Below are positions 42,741 through 57,000 of a stretch of 64,000 nucleotides of DNA, one piece after another. The stretch is from Eledone cirrhosa (taxonomy: Eukaryota). Numbering within the stretch: the first letter of the stretch is position 1; each line of letters opens with the position of its first letter. The position numbers and the translations under genes were made by a program. Below the pieces are notes generated by a model. The model was not told where the DNA came from. It ran no database searches and saw nothing but the letters and a program-made list of their open reading frames with translations. The stretch is taken from the NCBI GenBank assembly GCA_964016885.1, contig OZ024743.1, positions 304,606,001 to 304,670,000 on the forward strand, given 5' to 3'.

Positions 42741-43972
42741 GGATGGCCACTCTGTGTAGATTGGGGAATTGGGTGTGGGGGTGCATGCAGTTCATTTATG
42801 CTTTGTTGTTCCTGTATATTACTATCGCACATCCATCGAAGCATGGAAGCTTCATTTCTTTCCAATCTTCGCAGGTCCTCTGCATGCAGTGCCAAGGTTT
42901 CGCAACTGTGCAACATTGTTTTTTATGTATATGCATCATAGTTTGCCTTTCATTTTGAGGCAAACACTTTTTGTAGTTATCAGTGGAAGCAACTTTCTCA
43001 AACCCGTTCTCATTCTCGCCACTGTGCTTTTGGAACACCCTCCTCAACTGTTAATTTGGTCACCCAAATATCTACTACTTCTACAGAGCTCTCTGGGCAT
43101 TTTAATATTGTATTCTGAGAGCTCTTGCTATTTACTGCCTTTGTGCACTGACCACATGTACAACCTGCATTCTTTGTTAGCCTGCCTGAGATCCTACTAC
43201 ATCTCTTGTATAGCCATAGTTTTGCATTTGAGACGTAGGATGGAATTTCTACCTACTCTTTTTCTGCACGCTGAGCATAGCAAATTTCCTGAGGAAATTT
43301 GGGCGGTTTTCATTTCTACTTACTAGAATGTTAGTCTTTGCTAAGCTGACTTGAAGAACTTTTGATTCTAGGCCAAGTTTGAAATTTCTTCTCTAATTCA
43401 GCCATATATTCAGCTATAAGGGTTAGCTCATTTACATACAGGAGTTCTCATGGGCAACCAGTTTTAAACTACTCCGTTATAGCCTGCAGGACGATAATAA
43501 ACAGGAGAGGGCTAAGAACTGAGCCCTGATGGACCCCAAGCTGCACGATAAATTCTTTGTTAATTCTAACCTTGCTGACTGTTCCTCTATACATGGCTTG
43601 TACTGTCCTTACAAGCCACTTGTCCACTCCTAGTTTTCTAAGGGACCACCAGATAATGGCAAAAGAGCTCTCCAGGTTCAAAAAAGCCAAGTAGAGGGGT
43701 TTGCCTATAGCTAGATACTTCTCCAGTAGTTGCCTAAGAAGGAAGAGGGCATCTGTACTATATTTATGCTTTTTAGCCTTAATTGTCTTATTTACCTTAC
43801 TATTCCACCATCATTCTCTCTAAAGATCTACTCCAACCATAGATTTCATTTGTTGTCTTCAGTAGGTTATCTTTCAGGAACTCCCACTGCTCCTCTATAT
43901 TGTATGTCTCTATTTGCTATTCCTTAATGTCGAAAGCATGACTCAACATACTTCTTAATTTGTTACTAGATA

Positions 43973-46900
43973 TCTTTCTTTATTTGTCACAGGGGCGTAC
44001 AAAAATGGGACATTACAAGACGTGACGGCGGGGGTTTTACACAAACATCATATAACTTTAGCATTAATAAATAACAATAAACTATATATAATAAAATAAC
44101 AATTGAAGTCCCCAATGGGGGGGGGGGGCGTTACTGTAGGGTTTTTTTACACCCCGTGGATAGAACAACCCTCAACACCAGGAACACGATCTGTAGGTGT
44201 TCCGTCTTTCCTCTTTTTATCTTCCTCAACCTACAGGTTTATATATAGAGAACGCCCATTCACTCGGGCCATTTTCGCCATATTCACCCACCTTTCAGCG
44301 AATTTACTGGCGTGCAGTACCTCTCTCTCCACGCTCACCTTCCTTCTGAAGTGGTACTTAAAGAAGGGGTGAGTTGTTGTCTGGAGAGAAAGGTGTTTGC
44401 CCTCAGTCCTTTTAACCTCGTCAACAATATTATCTCTTTCGGTGGGGAGATCCTCACCATGGACTCGGCTGATAACTGGATGCGTTCCACACGTGACAGT
44501 AGCTGTTCGACATAATTCCACAGGTCAGTCACTGAACAATTGCGTGCAGAACGGTTTCAATGTCCTGCTCGCATCATGGACAGGTCCTTTTGGCAAGATC
44601 TCTGCCAGGGCGTCCGTGCCGTTCCAGGGCGTCGTTCCAGTTCTTGTCCACCTGGAGGTCTGGACCAAGTCAGACCCTGAGTAATTTCACCAGTCCTTCC
44701 ATCCAGCGTCCAATGATACTGTCGGAAGGCATGGGTCTGCCTCTCCCTGTCTCGAGTTGCACACCGACAGACTTGTTTGGTTTTAGACTTGCTCCTGTCA
44801 ACGTTCCGTATTCCTGTAATAGGTTGCCGATTACCCTGATTTCTGAGGTTTTCGACACCATTACGTTTACGTCGTCGACATAGGCCGACGCTGCTTTCCG
44901 CAGTCCTGGTTCGATCGGGATGTCCTGCAAAGCTCCAACTTCCACAGTAATGGTTCGAGAGTCAGTACATACAGAATGGAGGAGAGAGGGCATCCCTGAC
45001 GGATGGAACGCATGATTTGGAATGGCTCTGATAGGTTGCCATTCATCTTGACTGCCGAGCAGATACTGGTGTGCATGGCAGAGATCTAGCCTCTGCAGAC
45101 GGGACCGAAACCTGCCGCCTTGAGAACCGCTTGCAAGTATTGATGGTCGACCCTATCAAATGCCTTAGACTGATCTAAATTGATCAGAGCCCCACCGAAG
45201 CCAGGTTTACACCCAACCCTCTCTATGATGTATCGCATGAGGTGGAGGTTGTCGTGTATGTACCTGGTCGGGATTGCACAAATTTGCGCTTCCCCTACCA
45301 GGTTCTCGACGACAAGCGCCAGCCTCGTTGCTAACAGCTTGGCCAAAATCTTTAACTCTGTGTTGAGCAGAGTTTTGGGCCTGAAATTGCTTACCTCATC
45401 CCCCTTGTTCTCATCTTTCCTGATCAGCGTTACTACGCCTCTACCTACAGAACTGGGAATCCTCCCGTTCTGCTGCCAGTTGCAGTAGACCGCTTCGAGG
45501 ATGCCAGAAAACTAGTCTGGCATGACTATGTAAAACTCATAGGGTAATTATCTAAACCCGGTGATTTGCGTTTCCCACAGCGGACTAGGGTATCTTCTAT
45601 TTCGCCCGCTGTGATCGGCCTTTCGCAGATCTCTGCATCCGTGCTCGAGAGTCGTGATAGGCTGTCTAGGTAGGAACTGAAGTTCATCACCTCGCTGGAC
45701 ATACCGCTTTGCCAGTGCTACTGGAAGGTCGTGCACATCTGATTCGATTCAAGTAGAATGCGTCCATCTTTCTCTTGCAAAGACTGAATTGTGGATTTGT
45801 TGCCACTTTTCGCCTCTGCCACTCGGGCCCAACTAACAGCTTTGGCTCCCTCGTTTCTTAGAGCACGTGTTCTACTTCTGACAATAAAACCTTCGTGTTT
45901 CACGTTGAAGAACTGGTCTAGTGCAGTTCTCGCCGCTAGTACGTCAGCTGTAATGCCATTCCTAAATGCCTCTTCTACTTTAGTTACAAGTTCCTTTTCA
46001 GTTTTGTTTTTTTCTAAAGCTACTTCCTTGCTAAATGCTATCGATTCTATTCTAATTGCTCTCTTCAGAGAGCTCCACCCCCTGTTGTTGACAATCTCCC
46101 CCGTCAACTGGCTCTTAACTAAGGTGCTAATCCGTATACTGTAGGCCTTACACGCCTGAAGCGACATATTTAGCTTCCAGTATCCGGGTCCCTGTCTATG
46201 TTTTCTATCAAGGTTGTCTATGTGTTCTATCTATGCAGGTGACTAATTTGTGGTCTGAATAGGCAAGCATGTGTATTTGTGGACAGCTTAATGTTTCCTT
46301 AGCATTCTGTCTAATTAAAAAATCTATCTAAATACGATCTAGAAGACCCAGTGCGGTGCTCCACGTCCACAGTGCTGCACTTGGGAAGTCTAGTCGATGT
46401 CTATCAGCCAGTTGGAATCGGCTGATGAGATTTTTGAGGCTATTACACCCCATCTATTATCACAAGCTACAACATAATCCCAGTGTGCTTCTAAGATGCT
46501 ATTTCAGTCCCCCGCTAACACTGAGTAGCGAGACGTTCCCAGGAATGGCTCCAGACGCTTGAAGAATTCTGGTCGCGATGTCCCAGTCGGGGCATATACG
46601 GCCACCAGCCTGAAAGCTCCACCTTCACTACCATTTACGTCCAGGACTACCAGGCTGCCCTCCGTGTCCATGTGAATCGTCTGTACTTCGAGATCCAAGT
46701 TTTTTCGAAACAGAACAGTGACTACCCTCCACCTCCTGGCTGACAGAGAGATGCGTAGATCTCAAAATCATCGAACATGCTGCTTGTCGTGAATCCTGGA
46801 CTCGGTGATGGCTATCACATCTAAACAGTGTGACCTGAGATCATCAAAAATTTGGCCCTGTTTCCAGGGCATGCCCAGGCCACGTACGTTCAAACATCCA

Positions 46901-49054
46901 ACTTGTATAGTCGCCATGTTGGCAAAGAAGAGTTAGGGAGAGAAAAGGCAGGAACACTTATCTTTTCGTTTCCTGGAGTTCAGGTTGTTCGATCTCCATG
47001 TGAGGGTGTTTGGGGAGGGAGGGAATCCTTTTAGCAAGATGCGTTTAAGGGGTTTTGGCAAAGGGTACCCACATCATGTGGGAAGTTCCCTTTTAAAGTT
47101 TCGTACTGTAGGGTTGTTACCCTGATAAGTTTAAGGTTTGGGGGTGGGTTGTTGGTAGGGAAGGTTTGTGGAAGTGTATTGTGGGGTCCTTTCGGACAGT
47201 TTCCACCAGTTCTTTGTTTCTTGTTTTTATATATGTATAATGTGTTTTGTTTTTATGTGTATTGTTTCTGTTTGTAGTCTTCTTTTTGTGGTTGGGGTTT
47301 GTGATTGTGGTGGTGTGGGTGTTTGTTTGTTGGTGAAGTGTCTGGTTGTGTTGTTGGTGGGGTTGTCGTTTGAGGCGGTATGTTTATGACAGTGTTGGGT
47401 GTGTGCGTGTTTTCTGTTGATTTTTTGTTTTTGTATTTTTTGTGTCTTTTTTGCTTCTTGGATTTTTGGGGTTCCTCTTCATCCTCACTTGGAGATGTAG
47501 AGATTCCCATGTGTGAGGTGTTATCATTGTGGATAGGTGGGAGCGTTATGTTGTGTGGTGGTGGAGTGTTTGTGTGTGTGTTTGTGGAAGTGTTGGACAG
47601 AGAGGGAAGGGGTGGACAGAGTCCTTCAGGGTAATTTTTAGTGTGGTGACTTTTGTGGTTTGTGATGGTTGGATGAATGTTGATGGTTTAGGGGTTGTGT
47701 TTTTTTTTGTATTCGGGTGTGTCTGTTGTAGTTTTGGGATTTGCAACAACGCCTTCTTTTATTTTTCCACATCCACCATTGGGCAAAATGCTTTTAAATG
47801 TGTGTTTTTCCACATTTGAAACATTGTGGTCTTTTGCTTTCCACTGCGATGTGGACAACATGGTTATCATCCACCACACCCTTTCTAGTATTTTTTCAAT
47901 CCTCTCCGGTTTTATTTGAACCAAGAGCTCCATTGAGGTCCCGTTCCAGTTCTGTCGGATTGATTTTTTTTACAGAGAGGAGGTTGTCTTGACCCTCCTC
48001 CAAAAAACCACCCAGGATCCACCAAATGTTGGTGTTCGGTGGGATCTGGGAGATCCTTATTTTATGGGTTCTTCTTCACATGTATGTTGGGATGAATATG
48101 TGTTGGCTCCTTCTAATTGGAGCCACCGAATATTTCTAGGCGAGGGCCTAGAAATATTCGGTGGCTCCAATTAGAAGGAGCCAACAGAAGGGCCTTGAAG
48201 AGAATCGAGATGCTCCCGTACTGCTTGGCCCTCTGGAGGTAAGCAATGTCTGGCATTGCCTCCTTTAGTGCGGTTTCCACCTTGATATTGCTTAAAGCCC
48301 TCGGTTTCTTGGTTTGTGAGCAGATAGTCCGGAAGAAAATTGTTTTTCTTAAGGTCGTGCCCTGAATTTCCGGTGGATTACTCATTCGAAAATCGTTACC
48401 TTCGAGAGTTATATGTTGCGCAGCAACCTTTAGGTGCAGCGCTTGGTTTGACAGATCTATTTCTATAAAATCTGTCACTTTGGCAAGGCTTTCTGCAAAC
48501 ATTTTTTTTTGTGTGTTTGGTTGTTTTCGCTTGTGCTCGAGTTGTTATTGTTGTTGTTGGTGTTGTTTTCGTTCATACCATTGTTGTTGTTGTTGCTGGT
48601 GGTACAGGTTGTGTTGTTTTTGTTCATTGTTTCACACTTTTGGTTTTGGTTTGTTGCTATGGCAACGTCAGGTTATCGGTCAGCAAGTGAATACATCCTT
48701 CCTCTCTCTGACCCTTTCTGAGACATCTGCTACTATGACAGTGGAAGGGGGAAGCTGTAAGCATATCTTCCCTTTTCCCACTTCGAATGTTGGTGAAGAA
48801 GCTGTTATTGCTTCAGCCATTTTTCTAAAAACGTTAGTTTTACCAAACAACTTTTTCATGAACTATTTCCCCTAAAGGCAACCATGAGAGACTGACCAGA
48901 CCAAAATTTGACCTGGCAGTCCCTCTACAAATTGGTATAAAAATGAAGGCTCACAGACAAGCATTTCTATAGAAATTTAAGCAGAATTTACTCAGCAAAT
49001 TTGACACGTGTGTCCATCCCAGAGATAGATAGATGGATGCTAAAAGACCCATTA
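43973..49054 (-). mobile_element. near full-length Tx1/L1-type LINE, decayed, with 13-bp TSD
   Basis: ORF1 about 48860-47000; ORF2 from 46917 with EN (VYAP, AGD, SDH) and RT (LDQSKAFDRVDH, RQGCPLS, AYVDDV) motifs; 3' AATAAAGAAAGA; TTGTTACTAGATA is duplicated at 43960-43972 and 49055-49067. Confidence 0.92.
48101..48186. repeat. perfect 40-bp inverted repeat with a 6-nt loop
   Basis: 48101-48140 is the exact reverse complement of 48147-48186; loop CGAGGG. Confidence 0.95.
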
Positions 49055-50485
49055 TTGTTACTAGATAATTGGTCTTTTAGCTTCCATATTGTCCTCCCTT
49101 TTGTCTCCTGTTTTGATGTTCCTCTAGACCTCACTACTAAGTTATGTTGGGAGGTGAATTCTTCACTAGGGAGGGACTTTGTGTTCACAACAGTAATGTC
49201 TTCTGGTAAGAATGAAATCTATCTTGCTGACGTGCTCACCTTATCAATAAGTGATTAAGTGGTTGTGCGAGTTTTTGAAGTTCATGTTACAGATAAATAG
49301 ATCATTAGCATTGCAGAATTCCAGCAGCCTGAAATTCTCCTCATTTCTATCGACAAATCCGTAGCCCCTGTGGATTCCAGCAAAGCCATCGCAGTGTTGT
49401 CCAAGATGCCCGACAAAGTTAACTGCAATGTATATGAGGTCGCATTTATTTATTTGATGGGGACTTATAGAACATGTCTTTTATATATCTGGCAGTCCAC
49501 ATGGAGTACATATGCAGAAATGATTGTCATAGTTACTATATTTAGTACATGTCTAAGTTTACTTATTCTGTCATTTACTCTATTTACAGCATTAACTTTG
49601 TCTGCCTTATTTTCTCCTACCAAAATTGCTACTCCACCCAAGCCATCATTTCCCACCCAGAAAAATTTGTAGCATTGTTTTTTGCTTACAAGAAATCTAG
49701 CTGACATTTATCTCCATCTAGTCTCTTGTACACAGCACACATCAATTTGCTTTCGTTCAAGCATCTCTACAAGTTCTTCAGATCTTCCTTTCATCATGCG
49801 AAATCTTTCCTGGATTGGAAAAAAGTTACTTCACTGGAGCTCTTACTTCTAACTATCCATGTGCATGTGCTACACACAAAGCCTGCCTTCTTAGCTAGCT
49901 TACCTGCAATCCTACAATATCTGTAATTATTAAAAATACACACTGTTGTATATACTTCTATGTTATTACCATATTATTTTCTAATAATACATATTAGTCA
50001 ATATCAAACTCTTGGTCATTGTTGTAGATGTAAGATGAAATACTTTGGTAATATATTGTATTATTAAAAACATAATAATAAAGTAAATACTAAAGTATGT
50101 GTGTTTTCAATGACCCTGCCTATAAGTTTTCGTCTGAACACACTATTCCAGATCAAATTATTTTCTTAATATGTACAACATAAAAACTTTCTTTTTACAT
50201 AGGCTGTAGTATATGAAGACTATTGTAATTAATCCTTGTTACATGACAAACTTAACTGAACAAAATTAGTTATACTTGAATGTCATGATACCATACAGGG
50301 TTTTGCGCCTTGTATGGTTAAATTTCACAGGCAATTGGAAATATCTTTAACAAATCACCAGGACTGTAGAGAGAAACACAAATATTTCAGTTCTAAAAAA
50401 AGAAAGAAAAAAATGAAGAGCCTGAGACACATTTGATAATCAGGCATTATATAGGGCTAAACAACACACGCCACAAATAAAAGAG

Positions 50486-51696
50486 CTATAAAAAAAGAAA
50501 AGCTACGTTTTTTTTCTCTTTGATATTTATCAAAATTGTTTCTTTCAATTTGACATGAAGTGGTTCTTTTACAGACGTATCTCGACTGCGCATCCAATAA
50601 TGCCGGTTTCCAGAGTTGCATCGTTAATAACTACCGTTAAAAGAACACCCGACTCATCAAACAACATATATTGCTTGTCAAGAGAATTGCCATAGTATCT
50701 AAACAATGAAATACTAGCAGTTCCAAGTTTTCAATATCTTTTATAATACGTAACACCATCTTCTTGAGGTAAGAAACTTTGCTCTCTGATATACTGACAC
50801 CAATTTTATAGGGCACAAATCTTCTGTGGAATTTTAATATACTTCTAGATTTGGAGTCCGAACGACTCTTATTTTTAGGATTAGTTTGAATGTTCTCCTG
50901 AAAGGAATCCAGAAGGAAAGCAGGAATGTTCTCTCAAGAATAGCTGTAGATTCAATAACACATGGTAAGGATACAGAACGTCTAATATTACTTCCAGCGG
51001 ATATATCTGATATCAACACGTCGTTTAAATCTTGCAGAGGATAATCGCGCCAGTTTATGATTGCTTCTAGAGTGTCCCAGCCCCATGTAAAATGGAATTG
51101 CACTTTGAACACCTGGAAAATGTTGCCATTGATGTTTGACTGATGTTTGACTGACAAAGTAAAATTAGAAGGCAAACGTGCATACTAACGCCACCAATTC
51201 AGTCTACGTCCATGACAATCATTAAAGGTGGAGACGATAGACGACAGTGGACAGAACTATACAACAGTCATCTCTGTATTTCGGGTGATGCCAACGGAAA
51301 CGGATTCTCGACCTACAAAGGATCTGGACGACAACAAATGGACGTGAAAGCAATAGAAAACGGTTCCTTTCTTTTTAACTGTCTAGCGACGACAAGATGA
51401 TTTTCTGAAAAGCGATGTAGCGAAGTCGAATTCAAGTATTCCGTCTCTACAGAAATGTCTGGTGAATCTTTCGTGGTAACGTATTTTGAATTTTCCATCC
51501 AGAAAGTCTCCTCGCTGTTGTAAAAGACGTATCTTCGCCATTCTTGTAAAATGTTATGCCGCATTAACGCTCCTGGTGGTCCATAGCTGTAAGCATCCAA
51601 ATTGCGTTCTCTGTTCAAGATATTACTCGCTTTTACGATGAAAGGTAGCCCAGTAAATACTCTTAATAGTTTGTCTAACACATTCGGCGTCGCCAT
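50486..51696 (-). pseudogene. POLG2: second POLG2 pseudogene copy
   Basis: Mirror of 25912-27123 with the same stops and frameshifts plus an extra 1-bp deletion near 50593 (GGATGCGC vs GGATTGCGC); 3 of 142 aa differ in the first ORF. Confidence 0.88.
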
Positions 51697-53064
51697 AGAG
51701 TAAACACATGGTTTTTGAGGTTCTCTATCTATATAATGCAAATAATTTAATTATAATACTAGTTCAGATAAATCTATTTTTTACTATTAAATCAATAAGA
51801 AATAATTGACAAAGATTATATTAAAATTTTCTTTATTTTGATAAAATATCATATTAAACCATCAGAAATAGCTTGAAATATTTACAACTTCGAAACTTGT
51901 AATTTGTAGATTAATATTATTTACCTCCCTTGTAAGGAGAGTTATTTCCCTTGGTTTACCGTGTTTATTATAAGGGAAGTAACTTTTTAAAAATCGTATA
52001 GTCTACACCAATTGTTAGATTTTCACACTGACATATTTGCCCCCTACATTAGCAAGCAAAGATTAGATTATATTAGAATATAGCCACGTCTACAACACAA
52101 CACAAATAAGTATTCGCGAATCATTGTTTATAAAAATTCGATATCCAACTGAACTTAAATCAGTGTTTAATAACAAATGTTTTCTAGCTTGTGGTGTTCG
52201 AGACGTTTGGTGCAGTCGGGCTGCTGACAGAAGATTACATCGCTGGCGGCTCGTCTTACTGAGGTGTCAGTTGATTCACATGAGGGTAGCTTGTTGTTTC
52301 AGCGCCTTAGCCTCACCATAACCTGTAGCAATGCCGCGAGTGTGTTGTGATGTGCGGCCGAATGCCGCACTTGGTGAGGAATTACCTCCAACCCAACACT
52401 TTCTTCTTATTTTTATGTTTTCTATCTCTCTGTTTGCGTCTATATTTGTATATATTATATGTTTGTAATTTCCTTCTGTACGCATTTTACTATTATGTTG
52501 TTATTATAGCTATTTTGATCAATAAATTGTGCTATGAGGCGACCCCCCAACCAACTGCCTTAATTGAACATTTTTTTATCGATTCTGTAATGATAAAAGG
52601 CAAAGCTAACCACGGCGGGATTTGAACTCAGATGCTCTACTGATTCTGCTACCCCATTGCCCTTCAATAGGGATTTCTAATCTAGGTACAAGAACTGTAG
52701 TTTTGGGGGAGGGGAAGTCGATTATATTGAACCAGTATTTGACTGGCCCTATATTTTATCGATCCCAGAATTATGATAGGCAATGATGACCTAAGCGGGG
52801 TTTGAACTCAAAAGGTAAAAATACGTAATTATAACAATTGTGTTGTTAGTGTTGCATTTTTATTGTTGTTATTAATGATAGTGTTGTTGTTTGTGCTGTG
52901 GCTGTTAGTGTTGTAGTCATTGTTTTTGTGGCTTATATTGTATTTTTGTTGTTGTCTAGGTGGTGTTGCTGGTGATGGCGGTGCGGATAAAGGTGGCGGT
53001 GGGGATAATGGTGGCGGTAGTGCAGTTGGTCTGGCTGTGATTATAGGAATAGAGGCAATGGCGT

Positions 53065-54000
53065 TCACGATCGCCGCGTCCTCGTCAACAGGGTTCTCAT
53101 AAACACAATGCAACCCACTGTGATCGAAGAACGCGAGGCCGCCTGCGAGACGTGGAACCGGCTTGGACTTAGTCCAGTAGATGTCCCTCCTCCTTCTCCC
53201 CCTGCTGACGTCAAGTCGCCCCAGTGTATCTAGGATGCCATCCAGTTCAACCTATCCTCAGACAGGCTAGCACGCCAGCTCAACCAGCACCACCTTCCAT
53301 ATTTTCGCGTGGCCTCACAACCCCACAGTGGTGCCTGGCTCCATGCCTTACCCTGCTTTTCACTGGCACGCAACTGGACAACGATAGTCTGCGCACCGGA
53401 GTTTCTCTGAGGCTTGGCCTGCAAGCCACACAAATGTCGCTACGGATCCACTGTGGACTCTTTCGGCCCCCACTTGATTTCCTGTCGCTACAGTGCCGGC
53501 CACCTTCCACGTGACCATCAACGAGGTCATAAAGCATGGCTTAGATGCTGCAGGCTTCCTCTTCCAGATTGAACTGGTAGGGCCGGACCGAGGAGATGGC
53601 AAAAGGCCAGGCGGTATGACTATCTTCCCGTTCCGCGGTGGCAAACCCCTCGTTTGGGATGCCACTTGCAGCGACACTTTCTCCAGCCGCAACCTGGTGC
53701 AGTCTGCGACTAACCCAGGTTCTGTTGCAATTCGGGCTGAGGAGGGCAAACTTTCCAAGTATCGGTTGCTCTCCGACAGGTTTGCGGTCGTTGTCCTAGC
53801 AGTGGAGACTTCTGGTGTTCTTGGCGCTAGGGCTACCTCCCTACTTACCACCATAGGCGCCGAGCTGGCTAGCTGCAGGTGTGTGTGAGCCTCGCGAACT
53901 GGAATGGCTCTTCCAGCGCATCTCCCGTACCATCCTTCGGGGAAACACCTTCTCCATTCTGTTCGCCGGGGCCGTGGGGCGGCCAGCATGTGGGATCCCA
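53065..54000 (+). mobile_element. CRE-like retrotransposon 3' fragment, mirror copy
   Basis: ORF 53493..53888 is nearly identical to ORF 23686..24081. Confidence 0.85.
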
Positions 54001-57000
54001 TTTGCTGATAATATAGAGAGATTGGGAGGGCAAATGCGACGGATGCGATGACAGTGGGAGTTCGGCTCTTCCGTTTTTGGACCTGGTGTGCAGTGACAGT
54101 TGTCCGTAGGGAGGTAGTGGTTTGTATTTAGAGAAGGTTTTTAGAACTTTGTTTTTGCGATTCCTGTATGTATTATTATATGTTTGGGTTCAATGTAATT
54201 CTGTTATATAATTCATCGATAAATATATCAGTAAACAGAACACAAACAATAAAGACTAATTATAAACAGAAAGAAACAGAAAGGAAACGACTAGTTTGGA
54301 AATAACAAGTACAATCCATTAATGGAGCCGTAAAAATATGTAAAAAATTCCCAAAATGCTGCATCTAATAACTGCATATATACACTTGTACAGATACAAA
54401 GCATATGCACATGCACATATATAACTCAAAACATACACATACATCCTGCACACACATGCAGACATGCATACACATCTATCTAGTTGATGTGTAAATTCCA
54501 ATGAGAGAGTCTTGTATTTACGTTAGAAACTGACTCTCTCTCTATTGGCATAAATTTGTGAAATTAAAAACCAGAAGAACATACATACATAACTTTTCCC
54601 TGCCAATTTAGCAACATCTCGATCAATGGTCTGTATTTGACGAGTACTGCTAGAGATATTGAGTGATAGATGAAAATATATCTTATGATGATGTTGGTAA
54701 CATGGAACGAATAACCAGGAAAATATATCATCCAAATTAGAAAAATATAATCTCCTAAAATTCCCGCGCACAATAATCAGTACCCACAACGAGTTTGCTG
54801 TGCTAGCACCAAGATTTGGACGCTAGATGAGATCCGATCCTTTGATGTAAAAACCGGAGCTGTTCAAACTTTATCATACACTTCGGCTATAGGTGCACCT
54901 CTTACTATATATCTTATTTAATCACCAACACGAGCGCTAATCATATGCAAATGAGTATGTCCATTTGAGAACAATACTAAGAGCAAATAGCTATATACCC
55001 ATCAAATACATGTTTCTTTGTGGTTGCTTGACTGATATAAACATCTTCTGATGAAGGTTCAATAAAATTGGAAAATCGATTAAAGCTATTTATAATGTTT
55101 TTCAATTTACAGGGTGATTCTTATTTTCTGGCATGTTCACATGCCTACAAATTAGATTTGTGTATATATCTATAAACGTTGGTGCAGTCACAATTACACA
55201 CTCTGTATTTATACAAATAAAACTCTATCATACACACATACACACACAGCCACATATATGTATATATGTATATATATATACAATGGTTTCTTATATAGGC
55301 ACAAGGCTAGCAAATGTTGGGGAGGGGAAGTCGATTAAATCGACTCCAGTGCGTTACTGGTACTTTATTTTATTGACCCCGTAAGGACGAAAGGCAAAGT
55401 TAACCTCATCGGGATTTGAACTCAGATCATAAAGGGCCGTAACTCTGTGCTGTAAAGCATGATGTCCAACCATCTACCGATACTGCCAATCCACCACCTT
55501 ATGTGTATATATATAATGGTTTCTTATTTAGGCACAAGGCCAGCAATTAGGGGGAGGGTGCAGTCGATTAAATCGACCCCAGTACGTGACTGGTACTTTA
55601 TTTTATCGACCCCGTAAGGATGAAAGGCAAAGTTAACCTCAGCGGAATTTTAACTCAGGTCATAAAGGGCCGTGACTCTATGCTGTAAATCATGATGTCC
55701 GACCCTCTACTGATACTGCCAATCCACCGCCCTATGTGTATATATAATAAAAGGACGATTTGTTATGTCTTCATACTAGCAGAAAAACCGCCCACGGGCG
55801 TTTTTCTGCTAGCATATGTAGAGTGCATATTGATATTATACGCAAATATATATGCATATAGATATATGTAAATTGAAAAGTAAATTGACAATATCTTCTT
55901 CACCCACTTATTTCTGAGAGGGTCGTGCGGGCAGAATATTCTCAAACACTCCTCTCAGCGAGTCTGTTAGTAGCAAACACCTCTAACTGATCCAGCTGGA
56001 GCCCAAAGCGTGACCAACCAAGCTCATGGATATTATCCAACTATCTTGCTCAGACTCTACCTGTGGGTCTCTTGCCGGTTGATTTTGCCTGTAAAATGTG
56101 TCCAGCAATTCTTTACTGAGACATTCTAACCACATGCTTGTAATATCGGAGTTGTAATCTCTCAATTCGGAGAAGTAGCGGCTCTACCAGGAGTGACTCT
56201 CCTGGTCTCTGAGTTATGCACTTTATCGAGTAACGCTACTCCAAAGACCCTTCGGAGAAATCCCAATTCTGCCATTTTTATTTGCAATTGTATTCTTTTG
56301 GTCATTACCCAAGATTCATGATCCACGTTAAGAGTTGGCAGGAATACCAGGAAGACAGCGAGTTTGGCTCCCCCCCCCCCTTATCTGATTGCTGCATGCT
56401 GAAGCTGGCGCATTACTGCATTAGCTTTTGTAATTCTTGCACTTAATTCAGTCTCCTGCATTCCATCACTCATGTACACGGCTCCAAGATACTTGAACTT
56501 TTCTAACTGCCTCAGTAGAACTCCATTCACATGTATATAAATTTGAGGGACTTCTTTCCACCCGTCCATCACGCAATGTGTATGTGTGTTTGTGTGTGTA
56601 AAAGGAAGGAAAGGGATACACGCATATATGTCTCTAACTTAAAAACAGTGACACACGCACACATACGTCTCTAAATTAAGAACACTGACAAACTCACGCA
56701 CGCGCACATACACACAGTGTCCTATTACCACCCAAGAGCTTTGACCCGGGCAAACATCCAGCGGTAAGGGCGAGAGCTACAGCATCCGCAGCTGAACGGA
56801 ACAAAATCCTAAAATACCGTGTTGTGTCAGCTAAATACATTATCCAGCCTGTGGCGTTCGAGACGTTTTGAGGGGGCGGGGGCTACTGACAGCGAGGTAC
56901 TTATCTTCACTGGCGGCTCGCCAAACAGAGGTAACTGGTGATGCTCGTGAGGGCGCTTGGTTGTTCCAGCACCTCAGCCTCGCCATCAGCCCAGGTAACG

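Larger units (their letters stand above)
42350..49820 (-). mobile_element. RTE LINE hosting the Tx1 insertion (EN 49820-49055; RT and 3' end 43972-42350)
   Basis: The reading IWKLKD.LSSN|KLRSMLSHAF continues across the TSD; RT motif GVHQGSVLSPLLF; MLHSCET..LERNEASMLRW; 3' tail GCATGGAAAATGGACATTAAACGATGTTGATGATGAT. Confidence 0.85.
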
